In this document: positions 43,701 through 46,646 of the stretch, in pieces
Layout: every line of letters begins with the position of its first letter
Position numbering within the stretch: position 1 is the first letter of the stretch
Origin: an uncultured Thermodesulfovibrio sp.
GTDB taxonomy: Bacteria; Nitrospirota; Thermodesulfovibrionia; Thermodesulfovibrionales; JdFR-85
DNA: 46,646 nt
Assembly (NCBI GenBank): GCA_964391515.1
Contig: CAYMML010000003.1
Span: forward strand, 1-46,646
Direction of reading: 5' to 3'
Notes under the pieces: model-generated
Told to the model about the DNA's origin: nothing
The model's input: only the letters and a program-made list of their open reading frames with translations
The model's database searches: none
Position numbers and translations under genes: made by a program

Positions 43701-44926
43701 TGAGGGTCTATAAAGGCCGCCGCCTTAGCCTGTGCGGTGATCTCATTCTTCACTATATCGGCACCAACAAAGTCCGCTATCATATACCTGCCTGAACCCG
43801 TCGTTCCAACCCCCCTTATGGAAACCCTGTCTCCCACCTCCTCCCATATCTCCCTGAGTCCCCTCCTTACCGCCTCGATGGGCCTTCCCGCGGTCATGAG
43901 GTACCTCTTTGAGATCAATCTTCCCTCTTCGTCTATCAGGGCAAGGTTTGTGCTGATTGAGCCAATGTCTATACCAAGATAGGCGGGTATCTCTTTACCG
44001 TCATCCTCAGAAAGGGTGACTGCCTCCACAGCAGTAACTGAAAGATGCCGTTTCTCAAAATTATCACCATCCTCAATTAGAGGTGGCTGGCCAGGGGTTG
44101 CAACCTCCGATTTCAGTGAAAGTGCCGAGAGGTCATCCCTGTGAATCTTCACGAGATCTCCCTCCTTTTCCGCCCTGATAACTGCCCCCACCGCACCGGT
44201 CAGATGGGGCATGGCAGGCACAACGAGTTCCTTCAGGCCAAACACCTCCCTGAATGCCCTGACAACACCCCTGTTCAGGGCCACACCCCCCTGAAATGCC
44301 ACCTTTGGCACCAACTTTCTCCCCCTCACTATGGAGCCCTTGAAGTTCCTTGCCACTGCAAAGCATAAACCACCTATTATGTCCTCAACGGGGGTGGCTA
44401 TCTGCTGAAGGTGGATCATGTCAGACTTGGCAAACACACTGCATCTACCTGCTATGCGGGGTGGTTTACTTGATTTAAGGGCGATCTCGCTGAACTCCTC
44501 AATACTGAAACCAAGCCTTTCTGCCTGCTGATCAAGGAAAGAGCCCGTCCCGGCTGCACATACCGAGTTAAGGGAAAAGTCCTTGATATTCTCACCGTCA
44601 AGGATTATGAGTTTTGAGTCCTCACCGCCCATCTCCATCACGGTATTTACAGAGGGCTCAAAGTGGCGTACCCCCTCTATCTGGGCTATTAGTTCATTAA
44701 TGATCGGGGTACCAAGGCGTTCACCGATTTTCTTACCGGTAGAACCTGTAAAGGCTATATAAAAATCCTGAAATTCTTCAAAGACCGGAGAGATAAGTTC
44801 TGTGAATGTCTCAACAGGACGGCCATAATGCCTTTTATAGAAGTGCCTTTGTAGTTTAAGATCGGCATCTAAGACAACGAGTTTTATGCTTACCGATCCC
44901 CCATCAACCCCTACCATGTACTGCAT
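40718..44926 (-). CDS. Fused double BcrAD/BadFG/HgdC-type activase ATPase plus dehydratase-like (DUF2229-type) domains
   Basis: 1402 aa with AAGGAGGTGA as the SD. Two tandem acetate/sugar-kinase-fold ATPase modules each carry the cluster-ligand context (NSVCAAGTGSFLDQQAERL…RCSVFAKSD and NKACAAGTGSFLEEQAEKL…RCTVFMENS). A Cys motif follows (FECKGCENHCEINRV…GGRCEKYD), then about 750 aa resembling the uncharacterised 'CoA-substrate-specific enzyme activase' C-terminal region. Confidence 0.85.
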   Translation of the reverse strand: MQYMVGVDGGSVSIKLVVLDADLKLQRHFYKRHYGRPVETFTELISPVFEEFQDFYIAFTGSTGKKIGERLGTPIINELIAQIEGVRHFEPSVNTVMEMGGEDSKLIILDGENIKDFSLNSVCAAGTGSFLDQQAERLGFSIEEFSEIALKSSKPPRIAGRCSVFAKSDMIHLQQIATPVEDIIGGLCFAVARNFKGSIVRGRKLVPKVAFQGGVALNRGVVRAFREVFGLKELVVPAMPHLTGAVGAVIRAEKEGDLVKIHRDDLSALSLKSEVATPGQPPLIEDGDNFEKRHLSVTAVEAVTLSEDDGKEIPAYLGIDIGSISTNLALIDEEGRLISKRYLMTAGRPIEAVRRGLREIWEEVGDRVSIRGVGTTGSGRYMIADFVGADIVKNEITAQAKAAAFIDPQVDTIFEIGGQDSKYISLKDGIIVDFEMNKACAAGTGSFLEEQAEKLDVSIKGEFAETAFRSSSPCRLGERCTVFMENSLMSNLQRGASREDLLAGLSYSIVENYINRVVAGRNIGERIFFQGGTAFNKAVVAAFEKFLGREITVPPNHDVTGAIGMALIAKEFRDKNPGSSTFKGFDLANRPYEVSSFECKGCENHCEINRVKIEGESGYLFYGGRCEKYDIRRRRGENLPDLFRYRMDALLEPHRHYQKMLQEGGISPTRGRIGIPFVFFFHDFLPFWSTLMWELGYEPVVSSETNARVVELGVEKVLADTCFPVKVGYGHVRDLLERGIDQLLIPSFINMAPPESRYERGHACPLTQSFPYQIRVAFPEARVIAPVVNVKSGEKALCRELKRVFKREDVETSTIERAFKKALSAQREFYEKISRKAGDVLSEAERVKVVVFGRPYNAFDRGVNLDIPRKLATLDVLAIPMDFLPTPDIYDDWPDMYWRSGQRILSAARYIKGRDDLYPILIGNFSCGPDSFIIKYLERELGSKPLLHIEIDEHSADAGAITRCEAFLDSLMAQRESGRKKKPKVLIPKRTQVELNGKGNGRRRRIYIPPMSDHAYAIEAAFEYVGVPAEVLPRTDAEAIAIGRRYVSGKECYPCAVTTGDMLKKVLSSDFNPDESAFFMPSGTGPCRFGQYNLFQRMILADLGFKDVPIFSPVQDVSFYTDLGVVGNDFIKRSWQGIVAIDLLTKLLHETRPYERQDGETQRVYEHYLERLKTMLRSRSNGDVEKLLKEAAVEFNALKGGDERRPVIGIVGEIFVRSNRFSNEDLVRKIEALGGEAWLSPVDEWIYYINHMSLRKALRKFDRSGIIQFFLKKFYQKRVSRRYEKEVEGFLRTAHEPDTPVVLKKASPYLDDSFEGEAVLSIGKAIDMIERGASGIINAMPFGCMPGTVVTAIMNGISETYGVPFISIPYDGTESPTVSLQMEAFMEQARRVRDMKNQDGRR

Positions 44927-44984
44927 CCTATCACCTCCTTATGGATATTATACCCAAGAAGAACCCTTTTATGAGCAAACCATT

Positions 44985-45725
44985 TTATACCTCAAGACTC
45001 ATCAAGTCATACGCAATAAGAACCTCTCCCCCGAAACTCTCCCTTACCTCAGAAAGTGCCCTTTTCTCATCAAAAAAGGGGTATATGTGAGAAAGCAAAA
45101 GCCTTCCGGCACCTCCTTTTGCGGCAAGCCTTCCCGCCTCACGGCTACTCATATGCCCCTTCATCTTCCCCTCTGAAGTGGTAGAGGAGTCTGCCACTAT
45201 AAGATCGGCACCCGAGGCAAACCTTACAAGTGCATCATCTAAGTCAGCATCGCCTGTTATTACTACCGACCTTTCGCCCTCAGTTATCCTGTAAGCCCTG
45301 CTTCCGTCTGCATGGTTTGTCTCAACTGAAGAGACCTCTACACCACACAGCAAAGTTCTCTGCTCAGTCCTGTAAACTATCTCAAAACCGGGCTTCTTAG
45401 CGATGAACAACTCGAGGTTTTTCTTTAAAAGCCCAGTTGTATGCCCGCTACCAAAGACAAAAAGGGGTTTTCCCCTCTTGAATCCCGGTGTAGCCATCAG
45501 TGAATGTATCAGGGGAACAAAATCAGAGGCGTGATCGGGATGATGGTGGGTAAGCAAAACTGCATCAATCTCTTTATATGAATAACCGGCCTTTACGGCC
45601 TGTCTTAAAACACCCGGACCTGCATCCACAAGCAGCAGGCACTCATCAGCCTCAACGAGATACCCGGGAGACCCCCTCACCGGATCAGGTACACAGGTCC
45701 CACTGCCAAGAACGATAACCCTCAT
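44985..45725 (-). CDS. MBL-fold metallo-hydrolase (RNase Z/ElaC-like short form)
   Basis: 246 aa with N-terminus MRVIVLGSGTCVP, metal motif LTHHHPDHASD and C-terminal …LLLSHI…. Confidence 0.8.
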   Translation of the reverse strand: MRVIVLGSGTCVPDPVRGSPGYLVEADECLLLVDAGPGVLRQAVKAGYSYKEIDAVLLTHHHPDHASDFVPLIHSLMATPGFKRGKPLFVFGSGHTTGLLKKNLELFIAKKPGFEIVYRTEQRTLLCGVEVSSVETNHADGSRAYRITEGERSVVITGDADLDDALVRFASGADLIVADSSTTSEGKMKGHMSSREAGRLAAKGGAGRLLLSHIYPFFDEKRALSEVRESFGGEVLIAYDLMSLEV

Positions 45726-45732
45726 CTAAAAG

Positions 45733-45741
45733 ATTATACCA
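45733..45741 (-). promoter_or_regulatory. Extended -10 promoter element (TGgTATAAT) directly upstream of the MBL-hydrolase ATG
   Basis: The minus strand reads CTGGTATAAT-CTTTTAG-ATG, so TATAAT (45738-45733) lies 7 nt before the start codon. There is no Shine-Dalgarno sequence. Confidence 0.5.
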
Positions 45742-45750
45742 GAAAAGGGA

Positions 45751-45819
45751 TGGTTGGTTATTGGTGTATTGGTATATTGGTGTATTGGTTTATTGGTTTA
45801 TTGGTGGGGTGGTGGGGTG
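45751..45819. repeat. Tandem octamer repeat (TGGTNTAT units ending in TGGTGGGG x2)
   Basis: Head-to-tail units are TGGT, TGGTTAT, TGGTGTAT, TGGTATAT, TGGTGTAT, TGGTTTAT, TGGTTTAT, TGGTGGGG, TGGTGGGG, TG. The array lies 26-94 nt upstream of the MBL-hydrolase start. Confidence 0.9.
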
Positions 45820-46096
45820 TAATGTGGCGTTGATTCAAGGGGTCTGCTTGTCCATTGCATCGAAGGTTGTAAGGGGATGGCTTTTGCATCCTTTAGGAAA
45901 AGTAAAACGAAAGTTGAACAACCAATTGAGCCAAAAAATTGTGAAACAATATGGCGATAGGGCATCAAAACTGTTTTCTCAAGCCTTTTCTGTACCCCAA
46001 AGGACATTATAAGAGATAAAGAAATCTTTCTAAACTCTATGCCTTCTGTGTTCTATGAGCGCTCAGTGGTTGGTTTTTTGCTAAATAGAGGTGTTC

Positions 46097-46172
46097 TGGA
46101 GGCGGCGGCCGGATTCGAACCGGCGCATAAAGGTTTTGCAGACCTCTCCCTTAGCCACTTGGGTACGCCGCC
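46097..46172 (-). tRNA. tRNA-Cys (anticodon GCA)
   Basis: The reverse complement has GGCGGCG acceptor stem, anticodon stem GAGGT/ACCTT with loop CTGCAAA (anticodon GCA), GCCGG-TTCGAAT-CCGGC T-arm and discriminator U. CCA is encoded. Confidence 0.92.
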
Positions 46173-46198
46173 GTAAACGGAGAGTTTCACAAATATTC

Positions 46199-46234
46199 AA
46201 AAAGGGGGCAGATCCCTTATCCAAATCTGCACCC
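46199..46234 (-). terminator. Hairpin plus T-run between tRNA-Gly and tRNA-Cys
   Basis: On the minus strand, GGGTGCAGAT-(11-nt loop)-ATCTGCCCCC pairs at 9 of 10 positions and is followed by TTTTT. It could be a terminator or a processing structure. Confidence 0.5.
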
Positions 46235-46246
46235 TTTAGCCGTCAA

Positions 46247-46322
46247 TGGAGCGGGCGACGAGATTCGAACTCGCGACCCCAACCTTGGCAAGGTTGTGCT
46301 CTACCAGCTGAGCTACGCCCGC
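46247..46322 (-). tRNA. tRNA-Gly (anticodon GCC)
   Basis: The reverse complement has GCGGGCG acceptor stem, GCTC/GAGC D-stem, CAACC/GGTTG anticodon stem with loop TTGCCAA (anticodon GCC), GCGAG-TTCGAAT-CTCGT T-arm and discriminator U. CCA is encoded. Confidence 0.95.
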
Positions 46323-46339
46323 ATCAGAAAGGAGGGTAA

Positions 46340-46621
46340 TCAGTTCTTCCTCTGCCCTGGCTCAAGGGAGTCAACAACACGGATTATACCCTCGGTTTTC
46401 TCCCTGTAATTCTCAAGAAAGGCGACCCTCATCTCCAGTTCCCTTACCTTTGCTTCGTAATCACTCTCCATCGCCTTGATCTTTGCATTAACAAAGGACT
46501 GGAGCGCCTTAAACTCTTTTTTCAGGGCATTGTATCTCTTTTTGTAAAAGAACCTTTCCTTCCTATCGTTTATATTATCAAGGAAACGAGATACAATTTT
46601 CATAACATTCAAAGATAACAT
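46340..46621 (-). CDS. Small coiled-coil protein, unknown function
   Basis: 93-aa ORF with charged heptad-like sequence (KKEFKALQSFVNAKIKAMESDYEAKVRELEMRVAFLENY). I recognise no family. It lies directly upstream of the tRNA-Gly/Cys pair. Confidence 0.45.
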   Translation of the reverse strand: MLSLNVMKIVSRFLDNINDRKERFFYKKRYNALKKEFKALQSFVNAKIKAMESDYEAKVRELEMRVAFLENYREKTEGIIRVVDSLEPGQRKN

Positions 46622-46646
46622 AATGCCCCCGGTTGCGTCAATCCTC

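Noticed and set aside
45751-45819. The tandem repeat as a CRISPR array or telomere-like element
   Set aside because: The units are 8 nt and directly abutting with no spacers. There are no cas genes, and the context is internal to a chromosome.
45761-46012. 83-aa plus-strand ORF starting inside the octamer repeat (MVYWYIGVLVYWFIGGVVG…)
   Set aside because: It has a TTG start and no SD. Its N-terminus is simply the translated tandem repeat, and the remainder has no family resemblance. It is mutually antisense with another weak ORF (45798-46007).
46097-46322. tRNA genes as an integration hotspot or genomic island boundary
   Set aside because: No integrase, direct repeat of a tRNA 3' end, or phage or mobile genes occur on either side within the window.

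Overview
This 46.6 kb window is a densely coding, chromosome-like segment from a diderm bacterium. The gene content suggests an anaerobe: futalosine-pathway menaquinone genes, a 2-oxoacid:ferredoxin oxidoreductase and an HgdC/BcrAD-type activase. Codon use is rich in AGG/AGA/ATA. A Nitrospirota/Thermodesulfovibrionia-like or deltaproteobacterial lineage is only a low-confidence guess. I call 40 CDS, one of which is a 28-codon ORF absent from the supplied track. I also call 3 tRNAs (Pro-TGG, Cys-GCA, Gly-GCC), several hairpin terminators, a few sigma70-like promoters and one operator-rich divergent control region. Housekeeping content includes lolCD, lysS, proA, mutL, psd-pssA, leuA-leuC, aroC-aroK, mqnE-mqnC, and bamA/tamB. 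I saw no rRNA, CRISPR array, transposase, integrase or phage genes, so the window does not look like a mobile island. The items most worth a second look are listed here. (1) A MacB-type ABC transporter with no adaptor gene is translationally coupled to tamB-bamA-surA_N. (2) A LysR-divergent locus with tandem TTTGCA-N4-TGCAAA dyads and a sigma54-like -24/-12 element lies upstream of a small seven-Cys 'two-CW' protein, followed by an orphan yedF. (3) A 1402-aa fused double activase / dehydratase-like protein heads a tight 11.7 kb minus-strand gene chain. That chain includes an unannotated ultra-basic 28-aa bS22-like ORF, an alpha/beta hydrolase, a GAF-GGDEF cyclase and a thioredoxin-reductase-like flavoprotein with degenerate NADPH motifs. 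(4) A GGDEF gene is wedged between leuC (no leuD follows) and korB-korC (no alpha or delta subunit precedes). (5) An unusual tandem octamer repeat sits just upstream of an apparently leaderless MBL-hydrolase gene. All functional calls rest on motif and family recognition by eye; no database search was run.
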